NCBI GenBank assembly: GCA_050747745.1
Contig: JBOGKM010000098.1
Location: forward strand, 76,297-140,296
From: Terriglobales bacterium
GTDB lineage: Bacteria > Acidobacteriota > Terriglobia > Terriglobales > SCQP01
Length of the DNA stretch: 64,000 nt
Reading direction: 5' to 3'
This document shows, piece by piece, positions 7,276 through 17,941 of this stretch; the stretch's first letter is position 1, and every line of letters starts with the position of its first letter. Under the pieces are notes generated by a model, which made no database searches, was not told the origin of the DNA, and worked only from the letters and a program-made list of their open reading frames with translations. Position numbers and translations under genes: made by a program.

Positions 7276-9277
7276 GCGCCACCTCCTCGACTGGCTCTGC
7301 GGCCGGCTCCTGGCGCGCGCGCGCGGGCGCGGACGAGGGATCGGATTTGCGGCTGGGCAGCAGGGCGACCAGGGTTCCGAACACCACCACCAGCGTGCCC
7401 ACCCAGATCCACATGATCAGCGGGTTCCAATAGGCGTGCAGGATGGGCGTGTGCGTGTTGGGATCGTCGCCGGCGTAAACAAGATACAAATCTCCGGAAG
7501 GACGCGAGCGGATGGCGACAATGGATTGCTGCTGGTTGCTGGCCTTGTAGTAGCGGCGGGACGGGTACATGGTGGCGATGGCGTGCCCGTTCTGCCGCAC
7601 CTGGATGATTTCGGCTTCGCTCGAATAATTCGGATTGTCGTCCTGGGTATAGGACTCGGAAACGAGGGTATAGGAGCCGATCTGCATGCGTCCCTGGTAG
7701 GGCATGGGAGCTTCCATGCTCTGGTTGAAAGCGGCGCCGGTGAAACCGATGGCCATGAGGATGATGCCGATGTGAATGATATAACCGCCGTAGCGGCGGG
7801 TGTTGCGCGCGGTCAGGTGCACCACCGCGGCGGGCAGCGAACGGCCGCGCTTGGCCAGCACGCGCGCGCCGCGGCCGAATTCCATGACGATGGTCACCAG
7901 TACAAACGCACACAGCCCGAACGAAATCAGCGGGTAGGGATCGCGCATGCCGGCGGCGATCAGCCCCACCGCGGTCGCCAGACCGCACACCGCCGGAACC
8001 AGGAAGTTGCGCTGCAAACTGCCGAGCGAGGTGCGGCGCCAGGCCAGCAGCGGCCCCACGCCGGTTAAAAACAGCAAGAACAGGAACAGCGGGATGTTGA
8101 TGCGGTCAAAGAACTGGCGTCCGACCGTGATTTTTTCGCCCTGGATGGCTTCCGACAGCACCGGGAAAATGGTGCCCCAGAGAATGGCGAAAGCGGCCAC
8201 CAGCAGGATGAAGTTGTTGAACAGAAACCCGCTCTCGCGCGAGACCGTGGACTCGAGCTGGTTTTCGCTGCGCAGCGCGGACTTGTTGCGGAAGAACACG
8301 AACAGGCAAACGGCGGCAATCGCGGTGAGAAACACCACGAAATAATTGCCGATGGCCGACTGCGCAAACGCATGCACGGAAGCCACCAGGCCGCTACGGG
8401 TGAGGAAGTCGCCAAATATGGTGAGGAAAAAGGTGAGGAAGATCAGCCCCACGTTCCACATCTTCAACATGCCGCGCTTTTCCTGCATCATCACCGAGTG
8501 CAGAAAGGCGGTGCCGGTAACCCAGGGCAGAAAGGCTGCGTTTTCGACCGGATCCCAGGCCCAGTAGCCGCCCCAGCCAAGCACCTTGTAGGCCCAGTAG
8601 CCGCCCAGCACAATGCCGACGGTCAAAAATGCCCAGGCGACCATGGTCCAAAGACGCGTGACCTGAATCCAGCGGTCGCCCGGCATGCGCTTGATCAGCG
8701 CCGCCAGGGCAAAAGCGAAAGGAATGCTGAAGCCGATGTAGCCCAGGTAGAGGATGGGTGGATGAATGTCCATCTGCGAGTACTGCAGCAGAGGATTCAG
8801 GCCGCTGCCATCGGCGGGCGTGCCCAACGGCAGAGTGGTGAAGGGCGAGGCGACGAAGTTGTTGAGCAGCAGGAAAAACGAGGTGATCGAGGCGAGGATG
8901 ACCGCGACTGTGGGCCGCAGGTGCGGATGCTTGCGTCCGCTGGTGAGGAGAGCGACAAAGCCGTAGCCGCTCAGCAGCAGCGTCCAGAACAGCAGCGAAC
9001 CTTCCTGGCCCGACCACACCACCGCAACCTTGTAGAACCACGGCAGGGCGCGGTTGCTGTGCTCGGCGACGTAGGCGACGCTGAAGGCGTTGCGGAAAAT
9101 CAGCCCCAGCAGGCAGATGACGGCGGCCAGCACCGCCGGAAAGATCATCAGGTAGGCACGCTCGGCGCTGGCGATGAGGCGTCCGCGGCGCAGGCGCAGT
9201 CCGATGATGCCGACCAGCGCGCCATAGCAGGCGAGCACGAAGGCGAGCAGCAGGGCGTAAGCGCCGAAAATCTGCAT
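7262..9277 (-). CDS. ccmF: Cytochrome c haem lyase subunit CcmF
   Basis: 671-aa polytopic protein with the WWD motif WGGYWAWDPVENAAFLPW. Confidence 0.93.
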   Translation of the reverse strand: MQIFGAYALLLAFVLACYGALVGIIGLRLRRGRLIASAERAYLMIFPAVLAAVICLLGLIFRNAFSVAYVAEHSNRALPWFYKVAVVWSGQEGSLLFWTLLLSGYGFVALLTSGRKHPHLRPTVAVILASITSFFLLLNNFVASPFTTLPLGTPADGSGLNPLLQYSQMDIHPPILYLGYIGFSIPFAFALAALIKRMPGDRWIQVTRLWTMVAWAFLTVGIVLGGYWAYKVLGWGGYWAWDPVENAAFLPWVTGTAFLHSVMMQEKRGMLKMWNVGLIFLTFFLTIFGDFLTRSGLVASVHAFAQSAIGNYFVVFLTAIAAVCLFVFFRNKSALRSENQLESTVSRESGFLFNNFILLVAAFAILWGTIFPVLSEAIQGEKITVGRQFFDRINIPLFLFLLFLTGVGPLLAWRRTSLGSLQRNFLVPAVCGLATAVGLIAAGMRDPYPLISFGLCAFVLVTIVMEFGRGARVLAKRGRSLPAAVVHLTARNTRRYGGYIIHIGIILMAIGFTGAAFNQSMEAPMPYQGRMQIGSYTLVSESYTQDDNPNYSSEAEIIQVRQNGHAIATMYPSRRYYKASNQQQSIVAIRSRPSGDLYLVYAGDDPNTHTPILHAYWNPLIMWIWVGTLVVVFGTLVALLPSRKSDPSSAPARARQEPAAEPVEEVALASR

Positions 9278-9409
9278 GAGCGCAACAGCACCGGCCCGGA
9301 ACTCGGAACCGGAAATCTATTTTACCGTGTTCCGGCGGTGCAACTGCGTGACTAGGGAATCATTTCTGTTCCTGTACGGAATAGCCATCTGGCCGCGTTC
9401 AAGGTGCGC

Positions 9410-10582
9410 TCACCCGCGGGGCGCGGCTGCCGGCGAGGGCGGCGAGGCCAGGCGGACTTGCTGGCCGGGGCGCAGATCGTCATCGGCAGCCGCGACCACG
9501 CGGTCGCCGGGATGCAGATCGCCGAAGACTTCGATGTTGGCGCCCTCGGTGAAGCCAGTCGAGACCTCGACCCATTGCAGGCGGGAATCAGGGCCAATGC
9601 GCTCGACGAAGGTACGCTCGCTGCTGCGCACGACGGCGGAAGCGGGGACAAACAGCGTCGGCTGCCTGCGCTGAAAGGTCCATTGCACCTGTACGAACAT
9701 GCCCGGCGCCAGCACCAGGTTTGGGTTGGCGACGCCGAGCTCGACCGGCATGGTGCGGGTGGATGTCCGCACGCTGTGGGAGATGCGCGCGACGGTGCCC
9801 GTGAAGGTGCGGCCGGGCTGGTTGGCAACCGTGAACGACAGGCGTGCGCCCAAGGGAATGCCGACGGTTTCGGCCTCGGGCACATCCACCACCAGGCGCA
9901 GCGGATTGAGCTGCTGCTCCTCAAACAGCGAAGGCTGCGTGGGACCGGCAAGCGCGCCCACGCTGGCGTCGCGGCGGATGATCATGCCGGAAAACGGCGC
10001 GGTCACGCGCAGGTAGGCAGTGAGGGCGGATTGGGCGTCGAGCGCGGCCTGCGCCGCCTGCACGGCGGCCAGGCGGGCTTCGACCTCGGCCTGACCGGCG
10101 GCGACCGCCTGCTGTGCCACCTGAATGTCATTGCCCGCGACCGCGCCGGGCATGGCTTTGGCGGCGCCTTGCAGGCGATTGAGCGTGGCCTGATCGCGCT
10201 GCAGGGTGGCGCTGGCCTCCAGGCGCAGCGACTGGGCCGAAGCCAACTGATGGGCGGTCTGGGCCTGCTTGGCGCGCAAGTCAGGTGCATCCAGCTCGGC
10301 CAGTAATTGGCCTTCGCGCACGCGCGAGCCGCGGTCGACATAGAGCTTGCCAATGAAGCCCGTGACGCGCGCCTGCAACTTTACATCCTGGTAGGCCGCC
10401 AGCTCGGCCGGCAGGTTCATGATCAGGCGAGGCCGGGCGCTGCTTACCCGCGCTGCCGCAACGCTGCGCACGAAGGCACGCGCCGGCGCGGGAGCGGAAT
10501 GAGCACGGGCAGTGCAGCCCGCCCAGAACAGCGCCGGCGCCAGTGCGGCGGCGGCCAGCAGCATTGTGCGGCTACGCATGGG
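9410..10582 (-). CDS. Efflux RND transporter periplasmic adaptor (MFP/HlyD family)
   Basis: Lipoprotein-like N-terminus (ALFWAGC), a coiled-coil hairpin (AQTAHQLASAQSLRLEASATLQRDQATLNRL) and beta-barrel segments. The start was moved to MRSRTMLL to limit overlap with the RND gene; the track start is 10609. Confidence 0.85.
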   Translation of the reverse strand, partial: PMRSRTMLLAAAALAPALFWAGCTARAHSAPAPARAFVRSVAAARVSSARPRLIMNLPAELAAYQDVKLQARVTGFIGKLYVDRGSRVREGQLLAELDAPDLRAKQAQTAHQLASAQSLRLEASATLQRDQATLNRLQGAAKAMPGAVAGNDIQVAQQAVAAGQAEVEARLAAVQAAQAALDAQSALTAYLRVTAPFSGMIIRRDASVGALAGPTQPSLFEEQQLNPLRLVVDVPEAETVGIPLGARLSFTVANQPGRTFTGTVARISHSVRTSTRTMPVELGVANPNLVLAPGMFVQVQWTFQRRQPTLFVPASAVVRSSERTFVERIGPDSRLQWVEVSTGFTEGANIEVFGDLHPGDRVVAAADDDLRPGQQVRLASPPSPAAAPRG

Positions 10583-13500
10583 ATACCTCCGCATTGTCCA
10601 CATCGTCAACGTCGAGCGCCGGCGAGGCGACGCTGCGCCGCTGCATCAGGGCCTGGTAGGCGCCCGGCATCACCAGCACGGTACACACCGTAGAGGCAAT
10701 CAGCCCGCCAATCACCGCCTGCCCCAGCGGCGCGCTTTGGCCTCCACCGGATTCCCAGGCCAGGGCCATGGGTACCATGCCGGCGATCATGGCACTGGCG
10801 GTCATCAGAATGGGCCGCAGGCGCAGGCCGACCCCCGCGCGTGCCGCTTGCGTGGCGGCCTGCAGCCGCCGCTCGATTTCCGGCAGGCCAGCCAGCTCCG
10901 CGTAAGCGGACTTGCGGGCCGACTCGGCCATGGTGATGAGCAGAATGCCGTTGGCCACGGAAATTCCGACGGCAGTGATCACGCCCATGAAGGATTCAAT
11001 ATTGAAGGTCGAACCGAAAGCCCACAGCAGCAGCGCCGCCCCGGCCAGCACCGCGGGCACCGATGACAGCACCGCCAGCGCCAGGCGCCACGATTGGAAG
11101 CTCGCGGTCAGCAGCAGCAGAATCGCCACCACGGCCAGCAGCAGCCCGCTCTCGAGGCCGCTGAGCGTGTCCCACATCGGTTGCACCTGACCGACCAGCG
11201 CCACCCGGACGCCGCGCGGCGGCGGCGGGAGCTGGTGGAACGCGCCCTCGATGGCGCTGGCGGCGCGGCTCAGGCTGGTACCCTGAACATTGGCGGTAAG
11301 GCTGACCATGCGCTGCAAATCGAAGTGATCATACTCACCGATGACCTGACCTAACTGCACCGTGCCCACATCGCCCAGCAGGATGGGCTTGGAGGTGCGA
11401 CTGTTGGCCAGAGGGATGTTGCTGACCGCTTGCAGATTGTCCATGGTGGCAGGCGGCAGCAACACCTGGACCTGGTAGGTAAGGCCGTTGGCCGGGTCCT
11501 GCCAGAAATCGCGGGCCACAAAACGGCTGGAAGCGGTGGCCTCGGTGAGCGAGCGGCCAATCTGCTGCAGGCTCAGTCCCATCTCGGCGGCGCGCCGGCG
11601 GTTCACGTCCACCAGCACGGCGGGGTAATCATAGGGCTGGCCATATTGCAGATCGGCGAGCATGGGCAGGGGCGCGAGCGCAGCCCGGGCCTGTTCGGCG
11701 TAGGCGTGATCGGCGGCGAGATCGAAGCCGCTGACCTGCACGGTGATGGGTGTGGGCGAACCCAGGTCCATCATTTGTCCGATGATGTCGCCGGCCTCGA
11801 AGCTGATGGCCACGCCCGGCAGCTCGCGAGCGAAGGCGGCGCGCAGGCGCGGTTCGAACTCCGCCAGCTTTATCCCCGAGCCGGGGCGCAGCGCCGCCTG
11901 CATCACGGCTTCCTGCGGACCGCTGGTCCAGAGATAGATGGTGTTGATGGGATAGGAGCGCGGCTGCGTACCCACAAAGCCAAGCGTGGTTTCGACGTTG
12001 CCGGGGCCGGCCTCGCGGTTGATGATGCCGAGCGCTTGCTGGTAGAGCACTTCAGTGCGCTTCAGGCGGGTACCGGTGGGAGCGCGCAGGCGGAGCTGGA
12101 ACTGGCCCGTGTCGGCCGCCGGGAACACATCCGCGCCCACCGTCCATACCACCGCGGCAGCCGCCAACAGCGCCGCCGTCAGATACACCGGCAGCACCAG
12201 CCGGCGGCGGGCGGCCACCGCAGCGGCGGCGCGTTCGATGCGCTGGCGAAAGCGCTCGAAAGCCCCTGCCGCAGCCGGGGCGCGGTGATGCCGGCGGCGG
12301 AACTGCCACACCGCCAGCACGGGCACCAACGTGAGCGAGAGTGCGAGGGAGATCAACATCGCCATTCCCACCGCCAAGCTAAGGGGCACGAACAGCGAGC
12401 GGCTGATGCCCTGCATGAACAGCGCAGGAAGGAATACTGCCGCCACCGCCAGCATGGCCAGGACCTGGGGGCCGAGGATCTCCAGCCCCGCCGCCACCAC
12501 CGCCCGCGCCGGCGGCTCGCCCCGGCTGAGGTGGGTATGGATGTTTTCCATGGCCACCGTGGCTTCATCCACCAGGATGCCGATGGCCAGCGCCAGGCCA
12601 CCCACGGTCATCAGGTTCAGGCTCTGACCGAGCAGCCACAGCCCGGTCACGGCCCCTAGCAGCGCAAACGGAATCACCACCACGACGATGGCGGCGCTGC
12701 GTCCATCGCCCAGAAACAGCCACACCACCAGGCCGGTCAGAGCCGCACCGAGCAAACCATCCACCAGCAGCGCATCGAGCGCGTCGCGGACGTAGACGGA
12801 CTGGTCGAAGGCGAACGTGACCGACACATCGGTGGGTACCTGGTCGCGCATCAGCGGCAGAGCCGCCTTGACCTCGCGGATGACACGCAGCGTGGAGGCG
12901 TCGGAGTGCTTGACGACCGGCAGATAGACCACGCGCCGGCCGTTCAGTTCGGCGTAGCCGGAAACCACATCGGCGGCATCCTCGATGGTGGCGATGTCGC
13001 GCAGCAGCACAACGCCGTCGGGCCCGGTACGCAAGGGCAGGCTGAGCAGCTCCTGGTAGGCGGGAACGACGGTGTTAGCGTGCACGATGCGATTGAAATT
13101 GCCCATGCGGACATTGCCCGAGGGCAGGACGGCGTTGCCGTTGACCAGGGCCTGGACCACCTCATCGGGCGAGAGGCGCGCGGCGCTCATGCGGGCGGGG
13201 TCGAGATTGACGATGATGCTGCGCGGATTGCCGCCCATGGGCGGCGGCGCCGACACCCCCGGAAGCGAGGCAAACATCGGGCGCACGCGCGTCTGGGCCA
13301 GATCGTCCAGCTCGGCTTGCAAGCGCTGCGGGCTGGAAAGGATGATGTCGCCCACGGGCAAGCTGCCGGCGTCGTAGCGCATGATGAAGGGCGGCACGAT
13401 GCCCTTGGGCATATAGGCCATGGCGCGATCAATGTAGGAGGTAGTCTGCGCCGCGGCCTGGCTCATGTCGGTGCCGGGATGGAAGCTGAGCTTGATCAGG

Positions 13501-13766
13501 CCGACGTTCTGGATGGAGCGGGATTCGATCTGGTCGACGCCGGAGATGAACAGGAAGTTGGCTTCGTAGTAATTGACGATGTAACCTTCCATTTCCGCCG
13601 GCGACATGCCGCCGTAGGGCTGGGCGACATAGATCACGGGCGCGTCCAGTTGCGGGAACACGTCAATGGGCATGCGCAGCACGGCCATCACGGCCAGCGC
13701 CGCCAGCGCCACCACCGCAACCGCCACCGTCACTGGACGGACCAGGGCGGCTCGAATCAGGTTCAT
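10572..13766 (-). CDS. Efflux RND transporter permease (AcrB/CzcA superfamily)
   Basis: About 1064 aa with 12-TM architecture. Begins MNLIRAALVRPVTVAV and contains ALAIGILVDEATVAMENI. The ATG lies 1 nt after the stop of the outer-membrane gene. Confidence 0.92.
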   Translation of the reverse strand: MNLIRAALVRPVTVAVAVVALAALAVMAVLRMPIDVFPQLDAPVIYVAQPYGGMSPAEMEGYIVNYYEANFLFISGVDQIESRSIQNVGLIKLSFHPGTDMSQAAAQTTSYIDRAMAYMPKGIVPPFIMRYDAGSLPVGDIILSSPQRLQAELDDLAQTRVRPMFASLPGVSAPPPMGGNPRSIIVNLDPARMSAARLSPDEVVQALVNGNAVLPSGNVRMGNFNRIVHANTVVPAYQELLSLPLRTGPDGVVLLRDIATIEDAADVVSGYAELNGRRVVYLPVVKHSDASTLRVIREVKAALPLMRDQVPTDVSVTFAFDQSVYVRDALDALLVDGLLGAALTGLVVWLFLGDGRSAAIVVVVIPFALLGAVTGLWLLGQSLNLMTVGGLALAIGILVDEATVAMENIHTHLSRGEPPARAVVAAGLEILGPQVLAMLAVAAVFLPALFMQGISRSLFVPLSLAVGMAMLISLALSLTLVPVLAVWQFRRRHHRAPAAAGAFERFRQRIERAAAAVAARRRLVLPVYLTAALLAAAAVVWTVGADVFPAADTGQFQLRLRAPTGTRLKRTEVLYQQALGIINREAGPGNVETTLGFVGTQPRSYPINTIYLWTSGPQEAVMQAALRPGSGIKLAEFEPRLRAAFARELPGVAISFEAGDIIGQMMDLGSPTPITVQVSGFDLAADHAYAEQARAALAPLPMLADLQYGQPYDYPAVLVDVNRRRAAEMGLSLQQIGRSLTEATASSRFVARDFWQDPANGLTYQVQVLLPPATMDNLQAVSNIPLANSRTSKPILLGDVGTVQLGQVIGEYDHFDLQRMVSLTANVQGTSLSRAASAIEGAFHQLPPPPRGVRVALVGQVQPMWDTLSGLESGLLLAVVAILLLLTASFQSWRLALAVLSSVPAVLAGAALLLWAFGSTFNIESFMGVITAVGISVANGILLITMAESARKSAYAELAGLPEIERRLQAATQAARAGVGLRLRPILMTASAMIAGMVPMALAWESGGGQSAPLGQAVIGGLIASTVCTVLVMPGAYQALMQRRSVASPALDVDDVDNAEVSHA

Positions 13767-13767
13767 T

Positions 13768-15156
13768 TCAATGTCCTCCCGAGGCGGCGAGCAGCGGCTG
13801 CAGGCTGCCGGCGGCAAAGACGGTTTCCAGCAGCGCACGCCAGAGCTGCAGTTGGCTCAAGGCATGGTCCGAATCCGCCTGGGTCAGCAACTGCTCGGCG
13901 TTTTCCAGATCGGCGACGCTGGCCAAGCCGGTCTGGTAGCGTACCTTCGCCTGCGCTTCGCCGGTTTGCGCGGCCGCCAGGCCGATGGGCGATTCCTGGG
14001 CCACCAACTGCGCCGCGGCCCAGTCGGCGGCGGCTAGTTGCCGCGCCTGCTCCAGTTGCGCCTCCACCTGCTGCTGCCGCGCCCGCTCGGCCGCCGCTTG
14101 CGCCTTCGCCGCCGCCGCCTCGCTACGCGTGGCGCGCCAGCGGGTGAAGGAAAAATCCAGGCCCACCCCCAGCGCCCAGTTGGCGGCGGTGGTGGGCGCC
14201 AGGCCGGTAAGCCCATGGGCCAGCTTGCCCGCCGCCAGCACCCCGCTGCCGCGGCCGTAGTCGCTGGCCAGCACGTACCAGCGCGGCAGTGCCTCGCGGG
14301 CGATCTCCTCTTGCTCCTCCCCAGCGGCCGCCACCGCGTCCTGCCGCACGCGCAACTGCGGCGGCACGGCGGCAGACGGCACGATCGGCGCAGGAGGCGC
14401 CGGCGGCAGGCCCGCCAGCGGCGGCAGCGCTTCTCCCGGCCGCAGTCCCAGCGCTTCCGCCAGTGTCGCTTGCGCCGCCGCCAGGTCGCGCGTGGCCCCG
14501 CTGGCGCGGATACGCGCCGCCGCCAGTTCCGCCTGCGCCCGCGAACGGTCGGCGCCGGGGCGCAATTGCTGCGCGACCAGCGCGTCCACAATATTCTCCA
14601 GACCCTGCCAGCGGCTCACATCCGCTTGCGTGACCCGCACTTCCTCCCGCGCCGCCCGCACATTCAGCCAGGCATCGGCCGCGTGCGCGCCCACCTGCAG
14701 CCGCACCAGATCGGCGGCGGCGCTGCCCTCGCGCGCCAGCTCCTGAAAGTAGCGCAGGTTAGCTGCGCGGCGGCCGAAATCGGCAATCTCCCAGGAAAAG
14801 TACACGCCCGCCGCGCTGGTCCAGGCGCTGCTCTGCGAATAATCAGCGGCCGGCACGGTGCCGCTGATGCCCGGCAGCGGTGAGGCAAAGCTGAGCCCGA
14901 GCGTGGCATTGTCGGTGGCGCGATCCCACTGCCCGGTCACGCCCGCATTCGGCCAAAAGGCTACCCGCGCCAAATCCGCTTGCGCCCCCGCCGCCACCGC
15001 CGCCTGCCGCGCCGCCGTCATGCCGGGATAGCGCGCCCACGCTGTGGTGACCGCTTGCGCCAGCCCCAGCGGCTTCGCCGCCGGCGCCTGCGCCGCCGCC
15101 GCCCCTGCCGCCGCCAACACTACCAGCAGCGCCCCCACTCGCTTCCGCACGATCAT
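13768..15156 (-). CDS. TolC-family outer membrane efflux protein
   Basis: Signal peptide MIVRKRVGALLVVLAAAGAAAAQA followed by two repeated alpha/beta halves with long Ala/Gln/Leu-rich helices. Confidence 0.85.
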   Translation of the reverse strand: MIVRKRVGALLVVLAAAGAAAAQAPAAKPLGLAQAVTTAWARYPGMTAARQAAVAAGAQADLARVAFWPNAGVTGQWDRATDNATLGLSFASPLPGISGTVPAADYSQSSAWTSAAGVYFSWEIADFGRRAANLRYFQELAREGSAAADLVRLQVGAHAADAWLNVRAAREEVRVTQADVSRWQGLENIVDALVAQQLRPGADRSRAQAELAAARIRASGATRDLAAAQATLAEALGLRPGEALPPLAGLPPAPPAPIVPSAAVPPQLRVRQDAVAAAGEEQEEIAREALPRWYVLASDYGRGSGVLAAGKLAHGLTGLAPTTAANWALGVGLDFSFTRWRATRSEAAAAKAQAAAERARQQQVEAQLEQARQLAAADWAAAQLVAQESPIGLAAAQTGEAQAKVRYQTGLASVADLENAEQLLTQADSDHALSQLQLWRALLETVFAAGSLQPLLAASGGH

Positions 15157-15161
15157 GGCGG

Positions 15162-15167
15162 ATGGTA
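15162..15167 (-). promoter_or_regulatory. -10-like hexamer TACCAT, 5 nt upstream of the TolC-family ATG
   Basis: Read from the sequence. Part of the recurrent leaderless-type pattern described in the findings. Confidence 0.25.
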
Positions 15168-15221
15168 CGCTGGTTAGGTCTCATTGGTTACCGTTTTTAT
15201 GCGCACCCGCGCCCCGCCGCG

Positions 15222-17933
15222 TCAGCTCGCAGCGGCCCGCGCCGGCGCGCGGCGCGCGTCCAGCACGGTGCGCACCTTGGCGGCTAAGGCCTCGGGCGTA
15301 AACGGCTTTTGCAGAAACCCCGCCTCGGGCTCGAGCTGGTGATGGCGGGCGGCGGCCTGATCGGGATAGCCGGACACGTACAGCACCGCCAACTCCGGCT
15401 GCTGGCGCGCCAGCTCCGCCGCCAGTCGCCGCCCATCCATTTCCGGCATGACCATGTCAGTGATCAGCAGGTCCAGCGCTCCGTGCTGCTGCCGCGCCCG
15501 CGCCAGCGCCTCGCTCGGCCGCGCGGCGACCAGCACGCGATAGCCGCGGCTGCCCAGTACTTCCTCGACCAGCTCGCGCACGGCGGCTTCATCTTCCACC
15601 AGCAGAATCGTCTCCCGGCCCGAGGTGGCCGGCGCCGCCGGACGCGGCGCCGGGGCGGCCGTCCCCGCCAGGCGCGGCAGGTACACCTTCATGGCGGTGC
15701 CGCGTCCGGGTTCGGAATACACCGCCAGGCTGCCGCCGCTCTGCTTGACGATGCCGAACACCGTAGCCAGCCCCAGCCCGGTGCCTTTCCCCACTGGCTT
15801 GGTGGTAAAGAACGGCTCGAAAATGTGGCTCTGCGTTTCCGCATCCATCCCGGATCCGGTATCGCTCACCGCCAGCATCACGTAATCGCCCGGCGCGACC
15901 TCGGGATGGTGCGCGGCATAGCGGGCATCGAGGGTGACATTGTCGGTTTCGATGGTGATGCGTCCCCCGTGCGGCATGGCGTCGCGGGCGTTGACCACCA
16001 GATTCATCAGCACCTGCGAGACCTGGCCGGGATCGGCGCGCACTGCGCCCAGGCGGGGATCGCACACGGTGGCCAGTTCCAGATCCTCGCCCAGCACGCG
16101 CCGCAGCAGCGGATCCATTTCCACCAGCACGGCGTTGAGGTCGAGCAGCCGGGGTTCGGCCACCTGCTGCCGGCTGAACGCCAGCAGTTGCTGGGTGAGG
16201 GCGACGGCGCGCTCGCCGGCGCGGCGGATACTGGTGACCTTGGCGCGCTGCTGCGGCGCCGCCGCCGGCGCGATTTCGGGCTGGGCCAGCAGCATGTCGG
16301 TGTAGCCGTTGATGACGGTGAGCAGATTGTTGAAATCGTGGGCGACACCGGCGGCGAGCCGTCCGACGGCTTCCATTTTCTGCGCCTGCTGGAACTGGGC
16401 GCGCAGGCTGCTGCGCTCGCTCACGTCGGCAATAACCACCACCGCGCCCACCAGCTGGCCGCCGCGGTAGAGCGGGCTGCTGCGCACGTCGGCGGGGAAA
16501 TGGCTGCCATCGCAGCGGTACATCGTTTCCTCGTCCAGGCTGATCGCTTCGCCGGCGTGGATGGAGCGCACCAGGGCGCACTCGGTGGCGGGAAAGGGCT
16601 GGCCGTTGGCGCGCGTATGGTGCGCCACCTGATGCACGGACTTGCCCACCAGCCCGGCGCTGGAGCGCCAGCCTAGTTGCGCCGCCGCGGCGGGATTGCA
16701 CCACAGGCAGCGGCCTTCGAGGTCTACGGTATAGATGCCCTCGCTGGTGGACTCCAGCAGCGTGCGCACCTGTTCTTCCTGCTCGCGCAATTGTTGTTCG
16801 GCGCGGCGGCGGGCGGTGACGTCGTGGATAAATGACATGAAGGCGGGCTCGCCGTGCCAGTCGATGGGCTGGGCGAACACTTCCGCCTCGATGAGCTCGT
16901 CGCTGCGGGTGCGATAACGCCAGAGCCAGCCGTTGGCGGGCTGGCCATTGCCCACCACCGCGCGCACGCGCGCATGATCCTCCTCGGGCCGGATGTCGAG
17001 TACGGACATGGTCAAAAACTCTTCCCGGGAATAACCGAACTCGCGGACCGCGCTGTCGTTCACGGCGAGGAAGCGCAGGCTGGCGATGGAGAAAATCCAC
17101 ATGGGCTGGGGGTTGTTTTCAAACTGCTGGCGGTAGCGCTGTTCACTGGCGCGCAGTTCGAGGCTGGCCAGATGCGCCATGGTGTCGCGGCGGTCGAGTT
17201 CGCGGGCGATGAGCCAGAACAGGACAATGCCCAGCGCCACCGTGCCGTAGACCAGCAGATACTGGGCCAGGCGGGCAGCCAGCAACTGGCCGTGACTGCG
17301 GGCGGCGTTGACCCAGACCAGCGCAATGGGATAGAGCAGGGTGATGGGCAGCAGGCGGCGCAGCACGGCGGCGGCCGCACCCGATTCCAGATAGAAGGCG
17401 ACCGGACGCAATCGGGGCCAGGCCGCCATCCAGGCGCCGGTCAGCACCAGCAGCGCCAGCGCCGCCTCCCAAGACATGGGGGCGTGGGCCAGGACGTGGC
17501 GCGAATCGAAAACATAATCGAGCACCACCACATCGGCCACAAACGCGACCAGCAGGTCGGCGACCACCGCAACATGCGGCCACCAGCGCTTCAGCACCAG
17601 CGAAACCGCCAGCCCGATCAGCGCGAAGGCGGCGGGGCCGGACAGCGGCGCGAGCACCCCCAGGGCGAACACCAGGGCCGCGGCGGCATGGCCGCCCCAA
17701 CGCCACCCACGGCCGCTTCCGAAGGGGCACAACGGCGCCAGCGCCGCCACCGCCAGGGCGGCGGCAACCACGGCGACGGCCAGGGCGGGTGGCCACGGCC
17801 GCCACACGGCCGCGAGCGGCAGCGAGACCAGCGCCACCGCGCCGGTGAGGACGGCGACCGCGGCGGCGGTTTTCTGCCAGTGGCGCTCGCGATCAGCGAG
17901 GGGCAAGGCGGGATGGGGCAGGGGCGGCATCAT
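15222..17933 (-). CDS. Hybrid sensor histidine kinase/response regulator (membrane N-domain, PAS domains, HisKA, HATPase_c, REC)
   Basis: H-box AAGVAHDFNNLLTVI, G-boxes DTGSGMD and GTGLGLATV, and a C-terminal receiver ILLVEDEAAVRELV...DLLITDMVMPEMDG. Confidence 0.92.
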   Translation of the reverse strand: MMPPLPHPALPLADRERHWQKTAAAVAVLTGAVALVSLPLAAVWRPWPPALAVAVVAAALAVAALAPLCPFGSGRGWRWGGHAAAALVFALGVLAPLSGPAAFALIGLAVSLVLKRWWPHVAVVADLLVAFVADVVVLDYVFDSRHVLAHAPMSWEAALALLVLTGAWMAAWPRLRPVAFYLESGAAAAVLRRLLPITLLYPIALVWVNAARSHGQLLAARLAQYLLVYGTVALGIVLFWLIARELDRRDTMAHLASLELRASEQRYRQQFENNPQPMWIFSIASLRFLAVNDSAVREFGYSREEFLTMSVLDIRPEEDHARVRAVVGNGQPANGWLWRYRTRSDELIEAEVFAQPIDWHGEPAFMSFIHDVTARRRAEQQLREQEEQVRTLLESTSEGIYTVDLEGRCLWCNPAAAAQLGWRSSAGLVGKSVHQVAHHTRANGQPFPATECALVRSIHAGEAISLDEETMYRCDGSHFPADVRSSPLYRGGQLVGAVVVIADVSERSSLRAQFQQAQKMEAVGRLAAGVAHDFNNLLTVINGYTDMLLAQPEIAPAAAPQQRAKVTSIRRAGERAVALTQQLLAFSRQQVAEPRLLDLNAVLVEMDPLLRRVLGEDLELATVCDPRLGAVRADPGQVSQVLMNLVVNARDAMPHGGRITIETDNVTLDARYAAHHPEVAPGDYVMLAVSDTGSGMDAETQSHIFEPFFTTKPVGKGTGLGLATVFGIVKQSGGSLAVYSEPGRGTAMKVYLPRLAGTAAPAPRPAAPATSGRETILLVEDEAAVRELVEEVLGSRGYRVLVAARPSEALARARQQHGALDLLITDMVMPEMDGRRLAAELARQQPELAVLYVSGYPDQAAARHHQLEPEAGFLQKPFTPEALAAKVRTVLDARRAPARAAAS

Positions 17934-17941
17934 GGCTGTGG

